From Acidobacteriota bacterium (GTDB taxonomy: Bacteria; Acidobacteriota; UBA890; WLXD01), in contig CBDBHB010000009.1 in NCBI GenBank assembly GCA_965205505.1, forward strand, positions 512,001 to 576,000: DNA of 64,000 nt, read 5' to 3'. The position numbers and the translations under genes were made by a program. Below the pieces are notes generated by a model. It was not told the origin of the DNA. It ran no database searches and was given only the letters and a program-made list of their open reading frames with translations. Position 1 is the stretch's first letter. Each line of letters opens with the position of its first letter. This document shows, in pieces, positions 56,151-64,000 of the stretch.

Positions 56151-56924
56151 CTACCATCCGAGCAGCTCGCGCAGCTGGCGCGCGCGGCGCCGCGACACGT
56201 GAACCTGGATGCCGACCGCCGGCCGCAACACGGCGGTATAGGTGGCCGAGAACATGGGCGCCAGGTGATCGACCCACTCCAGGTTGACGATTGCGGCGCG
56301 AGAGACGCGAACGAAGGGCGGCGAGGGCAGCCGCTCCTCGGCCTCGTGGAGCGCCTGCTTGAGGCGGTAGCGTCCCTGTGGCGTGTCGACCCAGGTGATG
56401 GTGTCCTCAACGCTCACACAAGCGATGTCCTCGAGCTGGAGGTTGACGATCTTGCCGGCTCGATGACCTGCCAGATGGCCACTCACGCGGCGGGTGTCTT
56501 CTGGCGTCGGGGTTGGCGTTGCCGCCTGATCTAGCGGCGGGCGCCGCTGCCACAGCCCCTGTCGCACGCGCCTCAATGCTCGCGACAACTGCTCGCGATC
56601 GATCGGCTTGACAAGATAGTCGGTACCTTCGAGGGCGAAGGCGTCGACGGCGTGTTCCTCGTAGGCCGTCGTAAAGACGGCCAGCGGTCGCACCCTCTCG
56701 GGAAGATGCTCGTGCAGCGCGCGCAAGGTCTCTAGACCGTCCTTGTCGGGCATGCGGACGTCGAGAAAGACTACGTCGGGACGTTTCTCGAGCACCACCT
56801 TGATCGCTTCGGTGCCGCTTGCGGCCACCCCGACGAGCTCGACGTCGCTGTGCTCCGCAAGCAGGCGTTTCAGGCGGCGGCGAGCGAGCGGCTCATCGTC
56901 GACAGTTACGACGCGGATGTTCAT
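56151..56924 (-). CDS. LytTR family response regulator
   Basis: DDEPLAR, FLDVRMP, FTTAY, DYLVKP, FVRVSRAAIVN, VSRRR. Confidence 0.95.
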   Translation of the reverse strand: MNIRVVTVDDEPLARRRLKRLLAEHSDVELVGVAASGTEAIKVVLEKRPDVVFLDVRMPDKDGLETLRALHEHLPERVRPLAVFTTAYEEHAVDAFALEGTDYLVKPIDREQLSRALRRVRQGLWQRRPPLDQAATPTPTPEDTRRVSGHLAGHRAGKIVNLQLEDIACVSVEDTITWVDTPQGRYRLKQALHEAEERLPSPPFVRVSRAAIVNLEWVDHLAPMFSATYTAVLRPAVGIQVHVSRRRARQLRELLGW

Positions 56925-58021
56925 GACGGTATCCTCATCTCGATTCGTGTGCCGGGGTTGAGCTCGGCGGCAACCAGCGTGGCAGCGCCGCGATAACGCA
57001 GCGCGAGGCGTTGCAGGACGTTGGCCAGGCCGCCGCCGGCGCCACCCGTTCCCCGGCTCAGCTCGACGGCCGCTAGCGACGAGTCGTCGGCGCTGATCGC
57101 CAGACGGCGTTGCAGCTCAGCTGGCAGTCCAGGTCCGTCGTCCTCGACGCGCACAACCAGTGTCTCGGTGGTGCACTCCACCTTGATGCGCACGGTACCT
57201 CCCTCGGCGCGCGTTGCCACCGCGTGTTGCACCGCGTTCTCCACCAGCGGTTGCAGCACCAATCCCGGAATGCTGCGCTGCAGAGCCGCCGGGTCGACGT
57301 CCTGCTCGAATCGCAGGCGCTCTCCGAGGCGCGCTTTCTCGACTCGAATGTAGTGGCCAACCGGCTCGAGCTCCCGAAACAGCGGCACGGTGCCCTCGGC
57401 GGACGAGCGCAGCGTATAGCGCAACAGATGCGCCAAGTCGCCGACCAGCTGCTCGGCAACGGCGGGTTCATCGTGGGTCAGCTCGGCGAGCGCATTGAAG
57501 GCGTTGAACAGGAAATGCGGGTTGATCTGCGCCTGCAGCGCTTTGAGGCGCGCGTGCAGCGCCGCCTCTCGCATCGCTGCCTCGCGCGAGCGGGCGGCCT
57601 CGATCTCTCGTCGCATGCGCGCGTGAGAGTAAATCACGCCGGCCAGTCCCAGGCCGAGGACCACGGCCAGAGCCGGCAAGGTAACGGCTTCCCGCCAGCG
57701 AAGCAGCCAATATGAGGGCGGTTCGCGTACCAGCGTCGCCCAGCTGGTAACGATGGTCCCGAGCAAGATCAGCGCCTTGTCTAGGGGGTTGCGAAGGTAG
57801 GCGGGAAAGCTCGCGTAGCTCGGCTCGACGAGACGACGAAAGACGATCCCGCTGAGCCCACCGCAAAGCAGGGCCCATCTCGGCTCCCAGGCGCCGTGGA
57901 GATACCAGAGCAGCAGCAACGACACCATCGCTCCGCCGAGAGCAGCGGCGAGGTCCGAGACCACACCGCGGATGCCGCGTCGGTGCGCCGGTCGCTCCGG
58001 CGCGGCTGTCTCGGTACTCAA
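56921..58021 (-). CDS. LytS-type sensor histidine kinase
   Basis: LQAQINPHFLFNAFN, LRY, QPLVENAVQH, EDDGPG, GLANV. Confidence 0.93.
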   Translation of the reverse strand: MSTETAAPERPAHRRGIRGVVSDLAAALGGAMVSLLLLWYLHGAWEPRWALLCGGLSGIVFRRLVEPSYASFPAYLRNPLDKALILLGTIVTSWATLVREPPSYWLLRWREAVTLPALAVVLGLGLAGVIYSHARMRREIEAARSREAAMREAALHARLKALQAQINPHFLFNAFNALAELTHDEPAVAEQLVGDLAHLLRYTLRSSAEGTVPLFRELEPVGHYIRVEKARLGERLRFEQDVDPAALQRSIPGLVLQPLVENAVQHAVATRAEGGTVRIKVECTTETLVVRVEDDGPGLPAELQRRLAISADDSSLAAVELSRGTGGAGGGLANVLQRLALRYRGAATLVAAELNPGTRIEMRIPS

Positions 58022-59228
58022 GTGGTGAGCTCGAGCGGTCGTACGACGAGCAGCGTTAGGTCGTCGGCCTGCTCCGCATCGGGTCCGGTGTGGCCATGGA
58101 GCGCGTCGAGCACCGCAGCGCTGATGTCGGCTGCGGTACCATGGCGGTGGGCTCGTGTCACCTGCTCCAGGCGCCCCTCGCCGAACTCCTCGGCGCGGCC
58201 GTCGACAGCCTCGGTGACGCCGTCGGTATATATCAACAGGATCTCATCGAGCTCCATGGTGCGCTCTTGTAGCTCGTACTCGCTGTTGGCGAACAGCCCC
58301 AGCGGTAGCCCACCGCCGAACAACCGGTGCGCCGCGGCTGGGCCGATGATCAGCGGGGGGTTGTGGCCGGCGTTCACGTAGCGCAAGGTTCCACCCGGTG
58401 TCAGATGCCCGACGAAGAAGGTCGCGTGCCGTTCGGGTGCCGTGCGCTCGACCAGGAATCGGTTCACGAGGCGGCAGATTTCGGCGAGGTCGTCATGCAC
58501 CGAGTGGGCGGCAAGAAACGCGGATTGTAGCGATGACATGAGCAACGCGGCAGGCACACCCTTGCCGGACACGTCACCCACGGCGAAACAGATGCCGTGA
58601 TCGCCGCGGTCGAGAACCTCGTAGTAGTCGCCACCCACCTGCCGCGAGGCGATGTTGACCGCATGCGTCTCTACCCACGACCGGGTCGGCACTCGTCCGC
58701 GCAGCAAGCTTTGCTGAATTCGACTGGCGATCTGAAGGTCGTCCTCCAGCTGCTGCTTGGCCTCGATCTCCCGCTCCAGGCGCCGGTAGGTATAGATCAA
58801 CGACGCCACCCCGAGGCCTACGCTCACACCCAATACCGGCAGGGTGATCGCCTCGCGCCAGCGCAGCAGCCAGTACGATGCCGGCTCGCGAGCGAGCGTG
58901 GCCCAGGTGGCAAACACCGTCCCCAGCGTGATTACCCCGGCGCTCAGCAGACGTCGCACGTAGGGGGGAACGTCGAGTAGCTGGGGCGCACGAACCGTCG
59001 CGTCGCCACGCCGCCCAGGCCGTCGCAGACAAGCGCCCAGATCCAACCCGGATGTCGCTCGCCGTGCAGATAGAGCAGGAGGACGTATGCTAGCAGCGTG
59101 CCGATGGTGGCCGCCAGCAGGTCGGCAGCGAGACGCCGCCCGATGGCCGGGTCGGAGGCTGATTCGCCGATTGACGCCGATACGGTCGTCATCTGGCGGC
59201 GATCCGTGGATCCCGCGGTGCGGTTCAA
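58018..59228 (-). CDS. Membrane PP2C/SpoIIE phosphatase, frameshifted in a 6-base homopolymer at ~58963-58968
   Basis: IQQSLL, VGGDYY, GDVSGKGVPAA, NAGHNPP, YTDGVTEA, DDLT; N-terminal helices lie in ORF 58944-59228. Confidence 0.85.
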
Positions 59229-59794
59229 TTCGCCCGCGTCAAGTACTCGCCGGTGCTCGTATCGACCCGAACACGGTCGCCCTGGTTGATGAACGGAGGA
59301 ACCTGGATCACCAGACCAGTCTCTAACGTCGCCGGTTTCGTCTGCGCCGCGGCGGTGGCGCCCTTGATGGCCGGATCCGTCTGCGTGACCTCCATCTCGA
59401 CGGTACCCGGCAGCTCGACCCCGAGGGCCTCTGTACCCACGAAGGTGACTTTGACCTCGGTGTTCGCCAGCAAGTAGGGCAGCTCCTCCTGGAGCTTGTC
59501 AGCGGTCATGCCGGACTGCTCGTAGGTCTCAAGGTCCTGGTCCATGAAAGTGTAGAGATCGCCGTCCAAGAAAAGGTATTGCATGGTGCGCCGGTCAACG
59601 TGTGCCGTTTCCAACGTCTCGGCCGAGCGGAAGCGTTTGTCGATCAGCGTCCCAGTGCGCATGTTGCGCAGCTTCGTCTGCATCACCGCTTGACCTTTCC
59701 CCGGTGTGACGTGGGTGAACCCCTGGACACGTAGCAGCTCACCGTCGACTTCCAGGACCATGCCTCGCTTGATCTTTGTAGCCGAAATGCCCAA
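59225..59794 (-). CDS. efp: Elongation factor P
   Basis: HVTPGKGQA, KPATLETG, VPPFI, GEY; CAGGAG SD before TTG. Confidence 0.96.
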   Translation of the reverse strand: MGISATKIKRGMVLEVDGELLRVQGFTHVTPGKGQAVMQTKLRNMRTGTLIDKRFRSAETLETAHVDRRTMQYLFLDGDLYTFMDQDLETYEQSGMTADKLQEELPYLLANTEVKVTFVGTEALGVELPGTVEMEVTQTDPAIKGATAAAQTKPATLETGLVIQVPPFINQGDRVRVDTSTGEYLTRAN

Positions 59795-59928
59795 ACGATG
59801 GCTCTCCTGGTGAGGTGACTGGCCGTCTGGTGCCCACTGTAGGCTCGACGCCCTCCGCGGCCGCCCGGGTTCCCCAGAGCGTACCGTGCGTCCGAGGGGA
59901 TTTCGACCGCCGCTGCGGTGCCGCGACT

Positions 59929-60852
59929 TCAGCCGAACAGGTGGCGCAAGAAGAAACCGATGTTGGCGGGGCGCTCCGCCAATCGCCGCATGAACCACGG
60001 ATACCAGCTCGGGCCATAGCTCACGTAGACGCGCACCGAGTAGCCGTCGTCAACGAGCTGGCGCTGTAGCTGACGCCCGATGCCATACAGCATCTGGAAT
60101 TCCCAGCCGTCGAGCTTCAGCCGGTCGATGAGCTCGCGGGCATGGGCCACGAGCGCGCCGTCGTGCGAGGCGACCGCCACGCATACGCCGTTGCCCCGTG
60201 CGTCATCCTGCGCCAGTCGATCGAGGATACGAGCGTAGTTGTGGTCGACGTCGCGCTTGGAGGCAAACGCCACATGTTCGGGCTCGTTGTAGGCACCCTT
60301 GACGATTCGCAGCGGAGTTCCGGTTCGTACCAACGCCTCGACGTCGTCCTCGGTGCGCAGCAAGTAGCTTTGCAGGACGAGTCCGAAGTTGTTGAAGCGA
60401 CGTCGCAGGATCTGATAGATGGACAGCGTAGCCTCGACGTACTCAGATGCTTCCATGTCGATACGCACGAAGTTGCCGTGCTCGGCTGCCTTCGACAGCA
60501 CGCGCTCGAGATTGGCGGTCGCCAGCTCAGTTTCCAGGTCGAGGCCCAGGAGCGTGAGCTTGACGGAGATATTGCAATCTAGCCGCTCGCCAGCAACCCG
60601 CTCCAGGATCTCGATGTACGCATCGGTCGCAGCGGTTGCTTCCTTGGGGCCGGCCACAGTCTCTCCGAGCGGGTTCAGCGTTGCCATCATGCCGTTGTTG
60701 TTGAGTTGCCGAGCTGCCGCGAGCGCCTCTTCGAGAGTCTCGCCAGGGACGAAGCGGGCGACAACGCGATGGGTGACCGACCATCCGGTTAGCAGCCGTT
60801 TCCAGGTCGGGGAGTCAGCCATCCCGAGCAGCAGCAGGCGAATGGGGTTCAT
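59929..60852 (-). CDS. Monofunctional proline dehydrogenase
   Basis: RFVPGE, SVKLT, RIDME, RIVKGAY, ASHD, EFQMLYG, RRLAERPAN. Confidence 0.93.
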   Translation of the reverse strand: MNPIRLLLLGMADSPTWKRLLTGWSVTHRVVARFVPGETLEEALAAARQLNNNGMMATLNPLGETVAGPKEATAATDAYIEILERVAGERLDCNISVKLTLLGLDLETELATANLERVLSKAAEHGNFVRIDMEASEYVEATLSIYQILRRRFNNFGLVLQSYLLRTEDDVEALVRTGTPLRIVKGAYNEPEHVAFASKRDVDHNYARILDRLAQDDARGNGVCVAVASHDGALVAHARELIDRLKLDGWEFQMLYGIGRQLQRQLVDDGYSVRVYVSYGPSWYPWFMRRLAERPANIGFFLRHLFG

Positions 60853-60975
60853 GCGCTGATCATACCTCTGTGATGGCGACCGCCTGATCGATGCTGACAG
60901 TGCCGGGGGCATGGTTAAATGGTGCACTGTTCAACCCGGTGGCCTGGCTCGAGCTGCCCATCCCCGGATATCTCG

Positions 60976-62142
60976 GTGCAGAAATCCCGTCTTGGCCGCG
61001 CCGCGCTCATTCTCCTGATGGTGTGCTCGTCGTGCGCCCAGGAGGAGATCGTTCCCGAGCCGTACCGACCGAGTAGCGCCTGGGATGCGTACCGGCACGG
61101 CCTTTCCGAGGCGGGCCTGGCGTCGACGGCCCTGGCGCGCGAGTGGGTCGCGATCGCCGCGAGCGTCGCCAAAGACCCGGTTCGACTGCAGCTGCCGTAC
61201 CGCGAGCGAGGGGCATTCGATGCTCGTGCCGCGCATGCCTCCGGCTATCACTTCGCGGCGCTTCGTGGCCAGCGTATCGAGGTAGTGGTCGGTCTCGAGG
61301 CGGATAAGCCGGTTCGTGTCTTCCTCGATTTGTTTCGCATTGAGGAAGACGCCGAGCCGTTGCACGTGGCCAGCGCTCCGGCGACCGAAACTCGCCTGGC
61401 GTTCGAGCCACGGCGCGACGCCGACTACCTGGTCAGATTACAGCCTGAGCTACTGCGGGGCGGCGAGTTTGAGCTCGAGATGCGCCTGGTCGCTTCGCTC
61501 GAGTTCCCGGTACAGGAACACGACGTCACCGATATACAGAGCGCGTTCGGTGCACCGCGCGACGCCGGTCGCCGCAGCCATCACGGGGTCGACATCTTTG
61601 CCCCACGTGGCACTCCGGCGCTGGCGACCTCGCGTGCGTATGTGCGGCGAGTCAGCGAGCAGCGCCTTGGCGGCAACGTCGTATGGCTGCACGACCGCGA
61701 GCGAGACCTGAGCCTCTACTACGCCCATCTCGATTCGCAGGCGGTCGTGGAGGGCAGCTGGGTAGGGCCGGGCGACGTGGTCGGCTATGTCGGCAACAGT
61801 GGCAACGCGCGCACGACGCCACCACACCTGCACTTCGCCATCTACTCCCGCGGACCGATCGATCCGATGAACTTCCTGCGTCAGCCGGGCAGCGACCCCA
61901 CGGCGGTGAGCGCCGACGCCAGCAGGCTCGGCAGCTGGGGAGTCACCAACGCCGACGAGACATTGCTTCACGAGCGCCCCAGCCGCCGGTCCGACACCTT
62001 GCGCCGGCTCGACGCGGGCACGCCGCTACGCATTTGGGCTGCGACCGGAAGCTACTATCGAGTCGCCCTGGCTGATGGGACCCCGGGTTTCCTGCGTGAC
62101 GCGCTGATCGGCCAGAGCCCGCCTACGACCGCCACACAGTAA
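60976..62142 (+). CDS. M23 family peptidase lipoprotein with C-terminal SH3-like domain
   Basis: HHGVDIFA, YYAHL, GNSGNA, PHLHF; lipobox-like CSSC; start approximate. Confidence 0.88.
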   Translation: MQKSRLGRAALILLMVCSSCAQEEIVPEPYRPSSAWDAYRHGLSEAGLASTALAREWVAIAASVAKDPVRLQLPYRERGAFDARAAHASGYHFAALRGQRIEVVVGLEADKPVRVFLDLFRIEEDAEPLHVASAPATETRLAFEPRRDADYLVRLQPELLRGGEFELEMRLVASLEFPVQEHDVTDIQSAFGAPRDAGRRSHHGVDIFAPRGTPALATSRAYVRRVSEQRLGGNVVWLHDRERDLSLYYAHLDSQAVVEGSWVGPGDVVGYVGNSGNARTTPPHLHFAIYSRGPIDPMNFLRQPGSDPTAVSADASRLGSWGVTNADETLLHERPSRRSDTLRRLDAGTPLRIWAATGSYYRVALADGTPGFLRDALIGQSPPTTATQ

Positions 62143-62145
62143 CGG

Positions 62146-64000
62146 CTAGCCGAGCTCGAATAGCCGACCGAGCAGTATCTGGAGTGGGAAGCGACCCAGC
62201 GCGCCCACCGCTGCCGCCGACTCGTCGAAGCGTTCCGCGCTGTCGGCCTCGAAGCCGGCACCCCACAGCAATACCGGCAGCGGATCGGCGGCATGTTGGC
62301 CGCTCTCGGACAACGTTGCATGGTCCGAGGCCACACCTACCCGCAGTGGCTTGTCGGCGTAGGCGTCGAGAAGTACGCCGAGCTCCCGGTCGAGTCTCTC
62401 GAGAAACTGCACCTTGAGGTCGGGTCGACGGTCATGGGCGGCGATGTCTGCACCCTTGACGTGCAGGATAGTCAGGTCGCCTTGCTCGAGGGCGCTCATC
62501 GCTGCCGCGATTTTTGCGGACAGGTCGGTATCGAGATTGGCGGTCATCTGCGGCTCGTAGACGGTCTCCGCACCCAGCCATCGCGCCAGGCCGATCACCG
62601 TCCGATCCCCGCTGATGCACGAGACGTGCAGCGGTATCCCAGCCTCTTCGAGGGACACCAGCCGGTGCAGTCGTCCGGCGCCGCGGCTCAGCAGCGCGTT
62701 TGCGGGGGGTTCTCCCCGTCGTCGCCGACTCTCGTTGATCGGGTGAATCTCCAGTACCGCACGTGCTTCGGCCTCGAACGCCGAGAGTAGGCGCGCGGTA
62801 TGAGCGGCGGCCTCGTTGGCGCTGTCAATGGGCTCCACGGTCAGCGGCGATCCGGTCGGTGCTCCGTCGCCGGGGTCGCTGCCGGTGATTGCGGGCGACA
62901 GGTTGGGTCCGTGGGCGACGATCGCCAACCGGTGCTCGGTCGCCGCCTTGACGCGCAGCTGCACGCCGCGGGTGACGCTCTCGGGCATTCGAATCGCGTC
63001 CAGGGCGTCAGCCAACGCCGCCGCGCCGTCGCGTATCCGCCCCGCTCGTCGATCGACCACGTTGCCGTCGTCGTCGACTGTCGACAGGTTGGCGCGTAAG
63101 GCGATGTCCCCGGGCAACATCTCCAGGCCGGCACCGAGTGCCTCGACGGGACCGCGCTTCAGTGCACGCGGCGATTGCCCGAACAGGGCCAGGGTTCCGG
63201 CCGCGGTGTCCGGTACCACGCCCGGCGCTACCGGATCCGCCAGGCCGAGCGTTCCCTCCCGGGCAAGCCGGTCGAGGTTCGGCGTGTTGGCCGCCTGCAG
63301 CGGCGTACGACCCCCGAGGGCACGCACGGCGCGGTCAGCAACGCCATCGATGATCAGCAGCAGCGTTGCGGTGTCGCTGTGCGCATCAACCCAGTCGGCA
63401 TGCGCCAAGGCCGGCACCTGTCGTTCGAGCTCGGCGGTTACCAATTGCACCGCGTGGACCTCGGGGTCGCCATCACGGGATGTGTCGAGAAATGGAATGT
63501 CGTGTGCCTCGGCCATTTGCATCAAGTGATCATTGATGGCGCGAATGTCGTCGAACGCGTCGAGGTACCGCTCGGCGCGGCGTGAACCCGCCGGCGCGCG
63601 GGTGAGGATACGAGTGCGGAGCGACTCCTCGTCGGGGGTCCCGAGCATGATGGCGACCTGGTACGCCTCGCCGGCGAGGTCCGCGAACGGCACGATGCCC
63701 GGCAACAGGTGTACGCCCTCCACGATGATGCTGACGTTCTCCTGGATGGTGCGCTCGATGACCGCGCGCGTGCCAACACAGACTCGTCTTGCCTGTTCCT
63801 GGTAGCTCTCGAGCAGCGTGTCGGGGTTGTCGGCGAAGGAGTGGTCAGCGGTCACGTTTGCCTCGTGGGTAAGCTCGAAGCTCGAGTGGTGCAGCGCCGG
63901 CAAGATCTCGGGCGTGAACACCATACGCATCACCTGTCGGATCGTGTCAGTGGAGGAGACGCGGTAGATGCGAAGAAGCCGGGCAAGCTGCAGCGCCAGG
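62146..64000 (-). CDS. 2-phosphoglycerate kinase-like domain fused to ApgM-type 2,3-BPG-independent phosphoglycerate mutase; 5' end outside the window
   Basis: STDTIRQVMR, LHHSSF, IVEGVHLLP, then DGVADR, TPLQAA.TPNLD, DIALRAN, DRRAGRI, HVKGADIAAHD, SDHAT. Confidence 0.85.
   Translation of the reverse strand, partial: LALQLARLLRIYRVSSTDTIRQVMRMVFTPEILPALHHSSFELTHEANVTADHSFADNPDTLLESYQEQARRVCVGTRAVIERTIQENVSIIVEGVHLLPGIVPFADLAGEAYQVAIMLGTPDEESLRTRILTRAPAGSRRAERYLDAFDDIRAINDHLMQMAEAHDIPFLDTSRDGDPEVHAVQLVTAELERQVPALAHADWVDAHSDTATLLLIIDGVADRAVRALGGRTPLQAANTPNLDRLAREGTLGLADPVAPGVVPDTAAGTLALFGQSPRALKRGPVEALGAGLEMLPGDIALRANLSTVDDDGNVVDRRAGRIRDGAAALADALDAIRMPESVTRGVQLRVKAATEHRLAIVAHGPNLSPAITGSDPGDGAPTGSPLTVEPIDSANEAAAHTARLLSAFEAEARAVLEIHPINESRRRRGEPPANALLSRGAGRLHRLVSLEEAGIPLHVSCISGDRTVIGLARWLGAETVYEPQMTANLDTDLSAKIAAAMSALEQGDLTILHVKGADIAAHDRRPDLKVQFLERLDRELGVLLDAYADKPLRVGVASDHATLSESGQHAADPLPVLLWGAGFEADSAERFDESAAAVGALGRFPLQILLGRLFELG

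Noticed and set aside
55988-56410. N-terminal extension of the 563-aa ORF
   Set aside because: Overlaps the LytTR gene in another frame; the signal peptide starts at 55987

Overview
GC-rich bacterial chromosome segment, most consistent with Acidobacteriota (two PadR + ADOP-type duplicated FtsX/MacB permease loci; this is inference). About 58 CDS; no rRNA, tRNA, CRISPR or intact transposase was recognised. The main feature is a ~12 kb isoprenoid/triterpenoid island (16542-28196). It holds an HpnG-like phosphorylase, then an operon of type-2 IPP isomerase, class I HMG-CoA reductase, mevalonate kinase, an MvaD-family decarboxylase and isopentenyl phosphate kinase with no phosphomevalonate kinase (the haloarchaea/Chloroflexi-type modified mevalonate pathway), then squalene synthase. 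This operon converges on an MMPL/RND + periplasmic binding protein + TPR lipoprotein triad with the architecture of the BstABC sterol transporters. Other notable items: a BlaI/M56 system with a 29-aa RIHG repeat shared with a secreted partner; a PP2C phosphatase and LytS kinase with the same membrane sensor domain; a 2-phosphoglycerate-kinase/ApgM fusion; small CTAG-bounded repeat families, often sitting on stop codons; a structured 500-bp intergenic region; and several frameshifted or decayed genes. All functional calls come from motif recognition by eye; no searches were run.
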